40,262 nucleotides of DNA. Origin: a virus. Its lineage: Duplodnaviria > Heunggongvirae > Uroviricota > Caudoviricetes. Both the position numbers and the translations under genes were made by a program. The first letter of the stretch is position 1, and each line of letters begins with the position of its first letter. This document shows positions 16,566-25,141 of this stretch, piece by piece. The DNA is taken from IMG/VR virus record IMGVR_UViG_3300026289_000086. The stretch is one strand, 5' to 3'. The notes under the pieces were generated by a model, which did no database searches, was not told the DNA's origin, and saw nothing but the letters and a program-made list of their open reading frames with translations.

Positions 16566-16961
16566 TCAGCCCGCAGCACCAATTCCGAACTGCGCTCGCT
16601 GCCCAGACCATTCCACCGGAAATGGCAGCATCAAGTCCTTCAACGTCAGGCTCGCAGGCTGTTTGCCCGCCAAAATCGCTTCTACGATGTCTGGTGCCAA
16701 CAACGCCAATCTGATCACACGACTCACGAACGAAGGTCCGATGCGCTCTGCTTTGGCGATTTCGTCCAGACACCCGTAGGTACCGTTCTCCAGCAGTTTC
16801 TGCCAGCGAAATGCCCGCGCGACCGCCTTGATCATGGTGTTGTCGATGGTCGCCATCGGCATCGGGTTGCCGTGCGTGCCATCGGGTAGAACGATCACCT
16901 TGCGCCCGCCACGCTTCTTGAAGGTCATTGGCAGATCAACAGAAATGACATCAGCAGCCAT
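16566..16961 (-). CDS. Conserved small protein downstream of the serine recombinase, 131 aa (MAADVISVDLPMTFKKRGGRK…)
   Basis: TGATG overlap with the recombinase stop; ARAFRWQKLLENG…IAKAERIGPSFVSRVIRLALLAPDIVEAIL (HTH-like). Confidence 0.8.
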   Translation of the reverse strand: MAADVISVDLPMTFKKRGGRKVIVLPDGTHGNPMPMATIDNTMIKAVARAFRWQKLLENGTYGCLDEIAKAERIGPSFVSRVIRLALLAPDIVEAILAGKQPASLTLKDLMLPFPVEWSGQRAQFGIGAAG

Positions 16962-18298
16962 CACGCGGCCTTCCTCCCTGGCATGACCGACTGGATCAAG
17001 TCCCTCATGCCCGCCGCCTTCATGTCGATGCGTAGGCCGGTGGGGCTGACGGTCACCCTTTCCACCAGTAATTGAATGATCCTGGCCTGCTCGGCGGGGA
17101 AGAGTTCGTCCCACACCGGCTCGATGGATTGCAGGGTCAGAATGGTTTCCTGCGCATCGGCGGTGGGATCGAGGGCCACCACTTCGCGGATGGCCTGTGA
17201 CATCACCTCGGGGGCTTGCAGTACTTTGCGTACCTGAGCAATTACGGCGGCTTCCACTTCCCCCGCGGGAACACGAGATATCGAGCAGGCGTCCTTGCCG
17301 ATCTTCATCGAGGCGGTATTTACGTAGTAGCGATAGACCTTGTCGCCCTTGTTGGTGGCGCCAGGTGTCATGGCCCAACCATCATCGGCGAAGATCAGGC
17401 CCTTCAATAGTGCGGGGGCTCGGGAGGGACGGTTCTGGCGAGCCCGCTGCTCTTGATCACCGCGACCCAACATGGCCTGTACCTGTTCCCAGACGGCGCG
17501 ATCCAGAATGGCCTCGTGCTCGCCAGCGAAGTGCTTACCCTTGTAGGCGGCGACACCGATGAACACCGGATTCTTGAAGAGTTTGTAGAGGTAGCCCTTG
17601 TCGATCAGTTTCCCGACGCGGGCCTTGTCCTTGATGGTAGTCCACGACTTCGTCGCCACGCCCTCAGCACGCAGCTCGCGCGACAGGGTAGTCATCGATC
17701 CAAGCGCAATGAATCGTTCAAATATCCGCCTGACCAGCGCCGCCTCGCTGGGGTTTGGTATCAACTTTCGCTCGATCACATCGTAGCCCAGCGGCGGCAT
17801 ACCCCCCATCCAGATTCCTTTGGCGCGGCTGGCGGCAATTTTGTCGCGCACACGCTCACCGCCAAGTTCGCGTTCGAACTGAGCAAACGACAGCAGGATG
17901 TTCAGCGTTAACCGCCCCATCGACGTAGTGGTGTTGAACGACTGCGTGACCGAGACGAAGGTCACTTTCTGCGCATCGAAGAGCTCGACCAACTTCGCGA
18001 AGTCTGCCAGCGATCGGGACAGCCGGTCGATCTTGTAGACCACGATCACATCGACCAGGCCTTCGCGGACATCTTGCAGCAGCCGCTGGATGCCAGGCCG
18101 ATTGAGGGTGCCGCCCGAGAAGCCGCCATCGTTGTACGCGTCGTCGAGCGCTACCCAGCCTTCGGACTTCTGCGAGACGATGTAGGCCTCGCACGCATCG
18201 CGCTGGGCGTCGAGCGAGTTGTAGTTCTGCTCCAGCCCTTCCTCGGTGGATTTTCGGGTGTAGATCGCGCAGCGGAGTTTGCGCGTCATCGCGTTCAT
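16961..18298 (-). CDS. Large serine recombinase (resolvase + recombinase domains), 445 aa
   Basis: RCAIYTRKS (catalytic Ser), DGGFSG…RPG, VYKIDRLSR, FAQFERE, GGMPPLGY; ATGA overlap with DUF2924 stop. Confidence 0.95.
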   Translation of the reverse strand: MNAMTRKLRCAIYTRKSTEEGLEQNYNSLDAQRDACEAYIVSQKSEGWVALDDAYNDGGFSGGTLNRPGIQRLLQDVREGLVDVIVVYKIDRLSRSLADFAKLVELFDAQKVTFVSVTQSFNTTTSMGRLTLNILLSFAQFERELGGERVRDKIAASRAKGIWMGGMPPLGYDVIERKLIPNPSEAALVRRIFERFIALGSMTTLSRELRAEGVATKSWTTIKDKARVGKLIDKGYLYKLFKNPVFIGVAAYKGKHFAGEHEAILDRAVWEQVQAMLGRGDQEQRARQNRPSRAPALLKGLIFADDGWAMTPGATNKGDKVYRYYVNTASMKIGKDACSISRVPAGEVEAAVIAQVRKVLQAPEVMSQAIREVVALDPTADAQETILTLQSIEPVWDELFPAEQARIIQLLVERVTVSPTGLRIDMKAAGMRDLIQSVMPGRKAA

Positions 18299-18735
18299 GC
18301 AGGCCTCCGTGCGCGCAGACCGAAGAACAACCAGCCATTCCAGACCGTGCCGGTGATCGCCTTGGCGATTGCAGAGAGTGATTGATAGCGCTGGCCTTGG
18401 AACTCGAAATGGCCAAGCTGGACGATGACCTCGTAGGGCGTGCCCTGCCACTCGCGGATCAGCTTGGTGCCGGCGATAGGACGATCATCAGCGCGGCGGC
18501 TGCGAACCCGCGCCTTGCCGCCGTCGAGTTGTTCACCAAGTTGTTCGAGGCGCTTGACCGTGCTGGTCTTCAGTCCGCCATGGGCGAGTTCCTGCAGGCG
18601 ATAGGCGAGGCGATTCTCCAGGAAGCGCCGGTTGTACGGCGGCGGCTCCGTATCGAACAGGTCGCGCCACAGTTGCTTCAATTCGGGAATCGGGGTGGTC
18701 TTGAGGGCCACCACCCGGGCCAGTACGTCAGTCAT
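18295..18735 (-). CDS. DUF2924-family protein
   Basis: LKQLWRDLF…RLAYRLQELAHGGL…GTKLIREWQG…YQSLSAIAKAITGTVWNGWLFFGL; first gene of the recombinase operon. Confidence 0.85.
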   Translation of the reverse strand: MTDVLARVVALKTTPIPELKQLWRDLFDTEPPPYNRRFLENRLAYRLQELAHGGLKTSTVKRLEQLGEQLDGGKARVRSRRADDRPIAGTKLIREWQGTPYEVIVQLGHFEFQGQRYQSLSAIAKAITGTVWNGWLFFGLRARRPA

Positions 18736-18767
18736 GAAATGTCTCCCTTGGGGTTCAGAACAGGGTC

Positions 18768-18797
18768 ATGAACGCGCTGTCCGGTGCGGCTATCAAG
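18768..18797 (-). promoter_or_regulatory. Repeated promoter-like motif, copy in front of the recombinase operon
   Basis: + strand ATGAACGCGCT-gtccggtgcgg-CTATCAAG; 33 bp from the DUF2924 start at 18735. Confidence 0.7.
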
Positions 18798-19034
18798 GGC
18801 TTTTTGACGCTCATGCAGGCGGAGTACGCCGTGCGCCAGTATTATTGCAATGATGCGAACAGGGTTGATGGGCGAGCTATTGCGAGAGTTGAGTTTGGCA
18901 GTCATGCATGTTTATACGGGGCCACCTCGGATTTCTTCTCAGCCGGCTTGAGAGGTCACGCCTACACGGCGGTGAGAGCCCATTTGGCCACAAAGGGCGT
19001 GCCGCAAGTCATCACAACAACAAGGAGAAATAGG

Positions 19035-21248
19035 GTGGCGAAGACCTTCAAGAACGGCATTTCATTGCATCGGCTGCTCGAGGCCGCGCCGCTGGCGGCA
19101 CTGGCGACATTTCTTGAGACTGCCGACAAGGGTGACTACGCCGCCATCTTCTTCGAATTGCCATGGCAGACCGCCGGCGAGGATAGCGGCAGCGCCGCCC
19201 TCCGCGAACAACTCATCGATCTGGGCAACGAACTCCAAGCCGACGCCGCCGTTCCTCTGGATCGCCACGCACAAAGGATCCTGACCCTGGCGGAAGGTCG
19301 TGGTGTCGAACCCGTCAACCGGGTCGCTGCGAGAATCTTTGAGCAAGCGCATATCGATGCGTTTGACACGCAACTCGATGACCTCGGGCGCAGCCTATGG
19401 CTCTACCAGTACGAACCCGCGCTGTTCGACGAAGCCGAGAGCCTCTTCTATGCTGACCATTACCGCAACTTCGGCGGGATGTACGAGGCCTTCGAGCTCG
19501 ACGCCGACACAGTCGTGGCTTTCGTCTGGGACGACAGCGTCAAACACGCACTGGAAACCCAGATCCAAGAGCGCCTCGAACTGACCGGGCGCTGCACGGT
19601 GACCCATCTGCAGGTTACAGGCAAGGACCAGGCTGGAAAGGAACAGCAGCAGCATCTGGTCATCGTTCGCCATGGCGGGCCGTTGTCCAGTGTGGCCGAG
19701 TTTCGGGAGGCCGATGGCAGCCGAGGGGATCGATACTACCGTCCGCTGAGCGAAGCGACCTTGCTGTTCTCGCCGGACGAGGGTGTTCTCGAAGTGTTCT
19801 CCGCTAGCCCGAGTGTACGCCAGCAGGTGGCCACCTGTTTCGCAGAAACAGGCCTCAAGATCGATCTGTCGGATAGACCTCTAACCCTCAAGCAGTACAA
19901 CTTCAAGCGCTTCTTGACCTCGCTGAACCTGAGCACACCCACTATCGCTGGGTTCGATGTCGATCGGGTCGCAGTGGTGGAAGTCGACGTGCGCCCGGAC
20001 AACCCCAAACATCGCGCTGGCCTCAAGGTCAGCATCAGCGATGATATCGAGGACGTGGCCGAGGCGTTGTTCGGCAAGGATCACTTGTTCAAGCGGGCCG
20101 CCAGCCTCGCTCGGATCGTCATCGCCGTGCGTTACACCCAGTACGGCACCAAGAAATCCAAAACGCTCAACATCACCCTTTCGGAACCGAATCGATGCAA
20201 TCTGCGCAGCAACCGGGATCCGGTACAGCGGGAGTTGGGCTACGCCCTTCTGACGGCCTGGGGCGTCCTACATCAGGTCAAGCCGCTCACGCTGGTTCAG
20301 GAACACGTTCTACTTCCGGCACTGCTGCAGTTATTTGATCAGACCAAAAAGGAGGTGCCAGGGCAGTTCTTCCTCACCCGCGGACTCGATCCCGAGGCGC
20401 TGCTGGATGGCGGCTTTATCGAACCGCGTGGCCGCTACGTCAGCTTGTTGCTGGACGAGGATGGCACTACTCACGAGGTCAACGTCCGTTCGGCAGGTAA
20501 GCCCGGCGTGATCGCCTACGACCATCCGAAGGACGGGAGCACTGTCGAATTGCCAGCGTCGGCTGCCGACAAATACGCGATCAGGCGGGACTGGCTCGAT
20601 GAGATCGTCCTCAAACGCCTCAAGGCGCCCCTGGTCAGTGCCGAGTTGATCAAACTTGACGAAAACCTCACCTACCTCGGCAAGATCAAGCTCGGGGCAG
20701 AAGCTGCGCCTTGCTACCTGGCTCGTGATCTAAGGTCGCCGACGACCCTGCAGCGTCTCGATATCCTGATGCGTGCCCGAAGCGACAAAGGCGTGGGCCT
20801 GGTGCTCTCGGCAGGTCGAGACCACCCCTTATGCCTGGGGCCGAACGTTATCGCAGCGGTAGCCGATCACTTGGCCACCAGTGATCAGGAGTCGTCCCTC
20901 GACATCAACAGGCTGGCAAGCGTTTTCACGCAGGGCAAGCAACTGGCGCGCGGCGGAATGGTCGTAGCTCTGGTCAAGAAGGACAACTACAGTGCGACGC
21001 TCTACATCCCCGGCAAACCGTCACTCGCGTTGGTCGGAGTCAAAGCGATCGGCTTTTTCCAGGCCCTGGTCGATGCCTATCACAAGGGATCACCTGCCGT
21101 GCCTACCAAGCAGTTGATGAGTGCTGCGGGATCCTTGTCGCCCAGCCCGCGCCAGCTCTTGGGCAACGAGTTCTGGTCATCCGTCGAGGTCGTTTACGTG
21201 GGATTTCCACCCGGGGTCAAGCGAGGCAGCTACCAGTTGCTGGTGTAG
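19035..21248 (+). CDS. Large hypothetical protein, 737 aa, in the position of the immunity region
   Basis: AAGGAG at 19022-19027 before GTG 19035 (MAKTFKNGISLHRLL…); long ORF with host-like codon usage; no catalytic motif recognised. Confidence 0.8.
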   Translation: MAKTFKNGISLHRLLEAAPLAALATFLETADKGDYAAIFFELPWQTAGEDSGSAALREQLIDLGNELQADAAVPLDRHAQRILTLAEGRGVEPVNRVAARIFEQAHIDAFDTQLDDLGRSLWLYQYEPALFDEAESLFYADHYRNFGGMYEAFELDADTVVAFVWDDSVKHALETQIQERLELTGRCTVTHLQVTGKDQAGKEQQQHLVIVRHGGPLSSVAEFREADGSRGDRYYRPLSEATLLFSPDEGVLEVFSASPSVRQQVATCFAETGLKIDLSDRPLTLKQYNFKRFLTSLNLSTPTIAGFDVDRVAVVEVDVRPDNPKHRAGLKVSISDDIEDVAEALFGKDHLFKRAASLARIVIAVRYTQYGTKKSKTLNITLSEPNRCNLRSNRDPVQRELGYALLTAWGVLHQVKPLTLVQEHVLLPALLQLFDQTKKEVPGQFFLTRGLDPEALLDGGFIEPRGRYVSLLLDEDGTTHEVNVRSAGKPGVIAYDHPKDGSTVELPASAADKYAIRRDWLDEIVLKRLKAPLVSAELIKLDENLTYLGKIKLGAEAAPCYLARDLRSPTTLQRLDILMRARSDKGVGLVLSAGRDHPLCLGPNVIAAVADHLATSDQESSLDINRLASVFTQGKQLARGGMVVALVKKDNYSATLYIPGKPSLALVGVKAIGFFQALVDAYHKGSPAVPTKQLMSAAGSLSPSPRQLLGNEFWSSVEVVYVGFPPGVKRGSYQLLV

Positions 21249-21280
21249 ACCAGCGGGGTTACGTCCAACACTCATCCAGC

Positions 21281-21304
21281 AGGCCGCCTTGAGCGGCCTT
21301 TTTT
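21281..21304 (+). terminator. Intrinsic terminator
   Basis: AGGCCGC-CTTGA-GCGGCCT-TTTTT. Confidence 0.8.
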
Positions 21305-21411
21305 GTGCCTGCGGGATTCAAGCCAAGCAGCGCCGATCTGGGTGCCGAGCGCCATCTCACTTACGTCTCAATTAACGGCGTAGAGCATCTCACGTCCCGT
21401 GAGAAGAATGG

Positions 21412-21438
21412 GTAACTCCTAAACGAACAAGGAGTTAC
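21412..21438 (+). promoter_or_regulatory. 9-bp hairpin sequestering the SD of the sigma-like gene
   Basis: GTAACTCCT 21412-21420 / AGGAGTTAC 21430-21438 perfect stem; GTG start at 21442. Confidence 0.6.
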
Positions 21439-21441
21439 ACC

Positions 21442-22005
21442 GTGCCACTCGATAGCACTTACTTCAAATCGGCCATCAATGCGGCGGCCGCCAGAGCATA
21501 CCAGATGGCAACCCGCTTCGGACTCTCGCACGCCGACCGGGAGGATCTCCACCAGGAACTGCTGCTCGACCTGCTGGAGCGTGCCGAACAGTTCGACCCA
21601 GACAAAGGCAGCGCCGGGACCTTTACCGGAATGCTCTCCAAGCATCGGGCGTCTGAGTTCCTGTACCGACTAACGAAGGACCGTTGGCGTCTGAGTTTTT
21701 GCTCCGGGAATGAGCCGGACGAGGGCGCGACAGATCCTCTCGATGCACTGGCGGACACCGACGCCGTGCTCCCCCAGTGGGGCGAAGTCACCAACGGCTT
21801 TGACGAACTTCATTTCGCTCGCGACCTCGACCACGCCCTCAGCCGGATGGACGACGAGCAGCGAGCGCTGTTCTCCCTGCTCCTTGAGCATCAGGACACG
21901 CCCAGCGCCTGCGAGGCGTCCAGCGTTTCGTCCGCCACTTTCTACCGCCGCCTCACCGATCTGAAGATGCATCTGCGCATGTTCGGCATTAAGGCGGCGG
22001 CCTGA
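21442..22005 (+). CDS. ECF-like sigma70-family factor (region 2- and region 4-like), 187 aa
   Basis: DREDLHQELLLDLLE…FDPDKGSAGTF (region 2-like); ALSRMDDEQRALF…SVSSATFYRRL (region 4 HTH-like). Confidence 0.72.
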   Translation: MPLDSTYFKSAINAAAARAYQMATRFGLSHADREDLHQELLLDLLERAEQFDPDKGSAGTFTGMLSKHRASEFLYRLTKDRWRLSFCSGNEPDEGATDPLDALADTDAVLPQWGEVTNGFDELHFARDLDHALSRMDDEQRALFSLLLEHQDTPSACEASSVSSATFYRRLTDLKMHLRMFGIKAAA

Positions 22006-22103
22006 TCGTCGCCGCCACACCCTCCTGAGAAAAATTCCCGGTCCCCCGGTAAAAACAATCAGACCCCGCAGCTTTTCTGCTGCGGCCACCTGACGGAGAT
22101 TTG

Positions 22104-22496
22104 ATGAACGCCTTCGATCCCACCTTTGTACTGGGCCAAAGCGAGCCGAACGGCCTCGCGGCCAATTTCGAACGTCCGCTGTACGTACCGGCCACACCGC
22201 TCACCGAGGCCACGCTGTGCGACTGGATCGCCACGTCGCTCGCCGGCGAGCGCATCCAGTACCACCAGGGCCTGCTGCTGGTGGACCGCTCCGACGCAAA
22301 CAGCCCGTATCCGTCCAAGGAGCGCCAGCGCATCCATGCCGTGGCCAAGCGGGCCTGGCACGCCTGCGAACTCGGCCTGGTGCATCTGGTGAGCCAGCGC
22401 GTCGAGCCCTTCGTCTTTCGCTATATCGCGGTTCGCGCACGGATGACCCCCAACGCATCGCAAGTCCGCAAGCAGCTGCTCACCACGGCGCACTGA
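22104..22496 (+). CDS. Conserved phage hypothetical protein
   Basis: GGAG RBS; LCDWIA…IQYHQGLL…ELGLVHLVSQR…YIAV; operon context. Confidence 0.75.
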   Translation: MNAFDPTFVLGQSEPNGLAANFERPLYVPATPLTEATLCDWIATSLAGERIQYHQGLLLVDRSDANSPYPSKERQRIHAVAKRAWHACELGLVHLVSQRVEPFVFRYIAVRARMTPNASQVRKQLLTTAH

Positions 22497-22525
22497 CCCC
22501 TTCACTATCCAAGGAACACGCCCAC

Positions 22526-23293
22526 ATGGCCATTTCGCTCTCCCAACTCACCCGCGCCAGCGCGCCGAAGCCGCCCCGCATCCTGATTCACGGCGTCGCT
22601 GGCGTGGGCAAGACCTCGTTCGCCGCCGGCACCAGCAATCCGGTCTTCATCCAGACCGAAGACGGTCTCGGCACGATCGAGGCCAGCCACTTCCCGATCG
22701 CACGCTCGTTCGAAGAGGTCATCGAGTGCCTGGTCACCCTCTACAACGAGAAGCACGACTTCAAGACGGCGGTGGTCGATAGCGCCGACTGGCTGGAACC
22801 GCTGATCTGGGCGAAGACCTGCAAGGAATACGGCTGGAAGGATCTGGAAGCACCGGGCTATGGCAAGGGCTACCTGGCGACCATGGAGTTCTGGCGGCAG
22901 TACCTCGACGGCCTGAACGCCCTGCGCGACGAGCGTGGCATGACCATCGTGCAGATCGCCCACACCGACATCAAACGCTTCGACAGCCCGGAGCACGACC
23001 CCTACGACCGCTACGTGATCAAGCTGCACACCCGCGCGGCCGCCTTGCTGCAGGAGCACGCCGACATCGTGCTCTTCGCCAATTACCGCATCAGCACCGT
23101 GAAGGCCGACGTCGGCTTCAACAAGAAGGTGAACCGCGCCCTCGGTTCCGGCGAGCGCGTCATCCATACCGCCGAACGCCCGGCTTTCCTGGCCAAGAAC
23201 CGCTACGGCCTGCCCGACACCTTGCCACTCGACTGGTCGGCGTTCGCGCAGGCGATGCCGGATTGCCTGCAAGAAGCGCTCGTCAGTCACTGA
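22526..23293 (+). CDS. AAA ATPase (Sak4/AAA_24-like phage recombination protein)
   Basis: LIHGVAGVGKTS, VVDSADWLE, GYGKGY, IAH, AFLAKNRYGLP. Confidence 0.88.
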   Translation: MAISLSQLTRASAPKPPRILIHGVAGVGKTSFAAGTSNPVFIQTEDGLGTIEASHFPIARSFEEVIECLVTLYNEKHDFKTAVVDSADWLEPLIWAKTCKEYGWKDLEAPGYGKGYLATMEFWRQYLDGLNALRDERGMTIVQIAHTDIKRFDSPEHDPYDRYVIKLHTRAAALLQEHADIVLFANYRISTVKADVGFNKKVNRALGSGERVIHTAERPAFLAKNRYGLPDTLPLDWSAFAQAMPDCLQEALVSH

Positions 23294-23324
23294 ATCCCTG
23301 TTTTTACCGCAACGGAGAACCGCC

Positions 23325-23831
23325 ATGGCCTCATTTGGACACACCTTCGACGCCTCAACCGTCGAACCCACCACCCCCTTCGAAGTCTTTCCGCCCGGCA
23401 AGTACCGGGTGCAGCTCGTCGCCAGCGAAATGCGCCCAACCAAGGACGGCATGGGGCAATACCTGCTCCTCGAACTCGATGTGCTCGAAGGTCAGTACGC
23501 CGGGCGCAAGTTCTTCGACCGCCTGAACCTCGTCAATGCCAACCCTGATGCCGTGCTGATGGCGCAGCGCAGCCTGTCGGCGCTGTGCCGGGCGGCCGGC
23601 AAGATGCAGGTCAGCAACAGCGAGCAACTGCATCTGATCCCGATCCAGATCGACGTCAAGGTGCGCCCGCCGAAGGGACAGTACGGTGAGAGCAACTCGA
23701 TCCGTTACCTGTCGGGCAGCGATACGCAGCCGATGCCGCCGGCCGCGCCAGTCCCTGCGGCCCCGGCCGGCCATGCCCGTGCGGCAAGCCCTGCGGCGCA
23801 AAGCACGCTGCCCTGGAAGCGTCAGGGCTGA
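23325..23831 (+). CDS. DUF669-family (ssDNA-binding-like) protein
   Basis: PPGKYRV…SEMRPTKDG…LELDV…DRLNL; low-complexity tail ending LPWKR. Confidence 0.82.
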   Translation: MASFGHTFDASTVEPTTPFEVFPPGKYRVQLVASEMRPTKDGMGQYLLLELDVLEGQYAGRKFFDRLNLVNANPDAVLMAQRSLSALCRAAGKMQVSNSEQLHLIPIQIDVKVRPPKGQYGESNSIRYLSGSDTQPMPPAAPVPAAPAGHARAASPAAQSTLPWKRQG

Positions 23832-23835
23832 CCCG

Positions 23836-24201
23836 ATGCCGGCTCCCGACTTCATTCCGCTGCCCGACACCGCGTCCACCTGTCGCGAACGTCTGGTCGA
23901 GCTACAGGGCGAGATCGCCTCGATCAAGACCCAGATCGCTACGGCGGACATCGCCCGTCAGGCCCGGCGCGGAGCCCTCGATGCGCAGTGGTTCCACCGG
24001 GCGAAGACGGCGCTGCGTTTCAAGCAGCAGGAGCTTGCTCGGGTGTCAGCACATCTGGCCGCGCTGGCGGGCGATCTCCCTCGGGAGCGCTTCAAGGACA
24101 CGCTGATCGGCGTGCTGCGCGAGCAGCTCCCGGACGACACCTGGCAGTTGGCCCTGGCGGTCGCCCGTGAGCGGCAAGGCAGGGAGGTCGGTCATGGCTG
24201 A
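23836..24201 (+). CDS. Hypothetical coiled-coil phage protein
   Basis: In-operon ORF overlapping the next start by 8 nt; LDAQWFHRAKTALR. Confidence 0.7.
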   Translation: MPAPDFIPLPDTASTCRERLVELQGEIASIKTQIATADIARQARRGALDAQWFHRAKTALRFKQQELARVSAHLAALAGDLPRERFKDTLIGVLREQLPDDTWQLALAVARERQGREVGHG

Positions 24202-25141
24202 CTTGCCTGCCGTCGTCAGTCCGACCCGCGAAGCCATCTTCGCCGCCTACGAGGCCGACGCTCACCAGGGCTTTCGTGCGCACCTGGGTGCTTCGCTGAT
24301 CGGCAAGCCCTGCGAGCGGTCGCTGTGGTACGACTTTCGCTGGACCACCGTCGCGCAGCATCCGGGGCGCTTGTTACGGCTCTTCGAGACCGGGCAGCTG
24401 GAAGAAACCCGCGCCGTCCGCAATCTGCGGCGCACCGGCGCCACCGTGCTCGAAGTCGACCCGGAGACCGGGCGGCAGTGGCGTGTCGAGGCGCACGGTG
24501 GTCACTTCGGTGGCTCGCTCGACGCCGTCGCGCTGAACCTGCTCGAAGCCCCCAAGACCTGGCATGTGCTGGAGTTCAAGACGCACGCGACGAAGAGCTT
24601 CGTCGAACTCGTCGCCAAAGGGGTGCATCAGGCCAAGCCACAGCACGACGCGCAGATGCAGATCTACATGCGGCTCACGACCCTGACACGGGCCATGTAC
24701 CTCGCCGTGAACAAGAACAATGACGACCTCTACATCGAACGCGTCGAACTGGATGCCGATTACGCCGATCGGCTGCTGGCAAAAGCCGCTCGCATCCTCT
24801 TCGCCGCGCGGCCGCTCGACCGGGTCAGCGAGGATCCGGCGTGGTTCGAGTGCCGGATGTGCAGCCATGCCGAGGTCTGCCGGGGTCACGCCGCGGCGGC
24901 AGTGAACTGTCGCACCTGCCTGTCCTCGACACCGGTCGAGGGAGGCTGGTGGTGTGAACGACACCAGCGGGCCTTGTCCGAGGCCGACCAGCGCGCCGGC
25001 TGCGACCAGCATCTCTACCTCCCCGACCTGGTGCCGTGCGAGCAGATCGACGCCGGTACGGACTGGGTCAGCTATCAACTTCCCGGTGGCGAAATCTGGC
25101 GCGACAGCGGCCGCCACAAGTACGCGGAGCATTCGCTATGA
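24194..25141 (+). CDS. PD-(D/E)xK exonuclease (Cas4/YqaJ-like, Cys-rich)
   Basis: GKPCER…GSLD…LEFK…QMQIYM…CRMCSHAEVC…CRTC. Confidence 0.85.
   Translation: MADLPAVVSPTREAIFAAYEADAHQGFRAHLGASLIGKPCERSLWYDFRWTTVAQHPGRLLRLFETGQLEETRAVRNLRRTGATVLEVDPETGRQWRVEAHGGHFGGSLDAVALNLLEAPKTWHVLEFKTHATKSFVELVAKGVHQAKPQHDAQMQIYMRLTTLTRAMYLAVNKNNDDLYIERVELDADYADRLLAKAARILFAARPLDRVSEDPAWFECRMCSHAEVCRGHAAAAVNCRTCLSSTPVEGGWWCERHQRALSEADQRAGCDQHLYLPDLVPCEQIDAGTDWVSYQLPGGEIWRDSGRHKYAEHSL

Noticed and set aside
16566-18735. Stand-alone transposon (serine resolvase)
   Set aside because: It is a large serine recombinase with a recombinase domain in a DUF2924 operon attached to phage modules; no transposase or terminal inverted repeats seen
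18768-19034. N-terminal 89-aa extension of the 826-aa ORF
   Set aside because: That ATG is part of the opposite-strand promoter motif and has no RBS; AAGGAG-GTG at 19035 is a much better start
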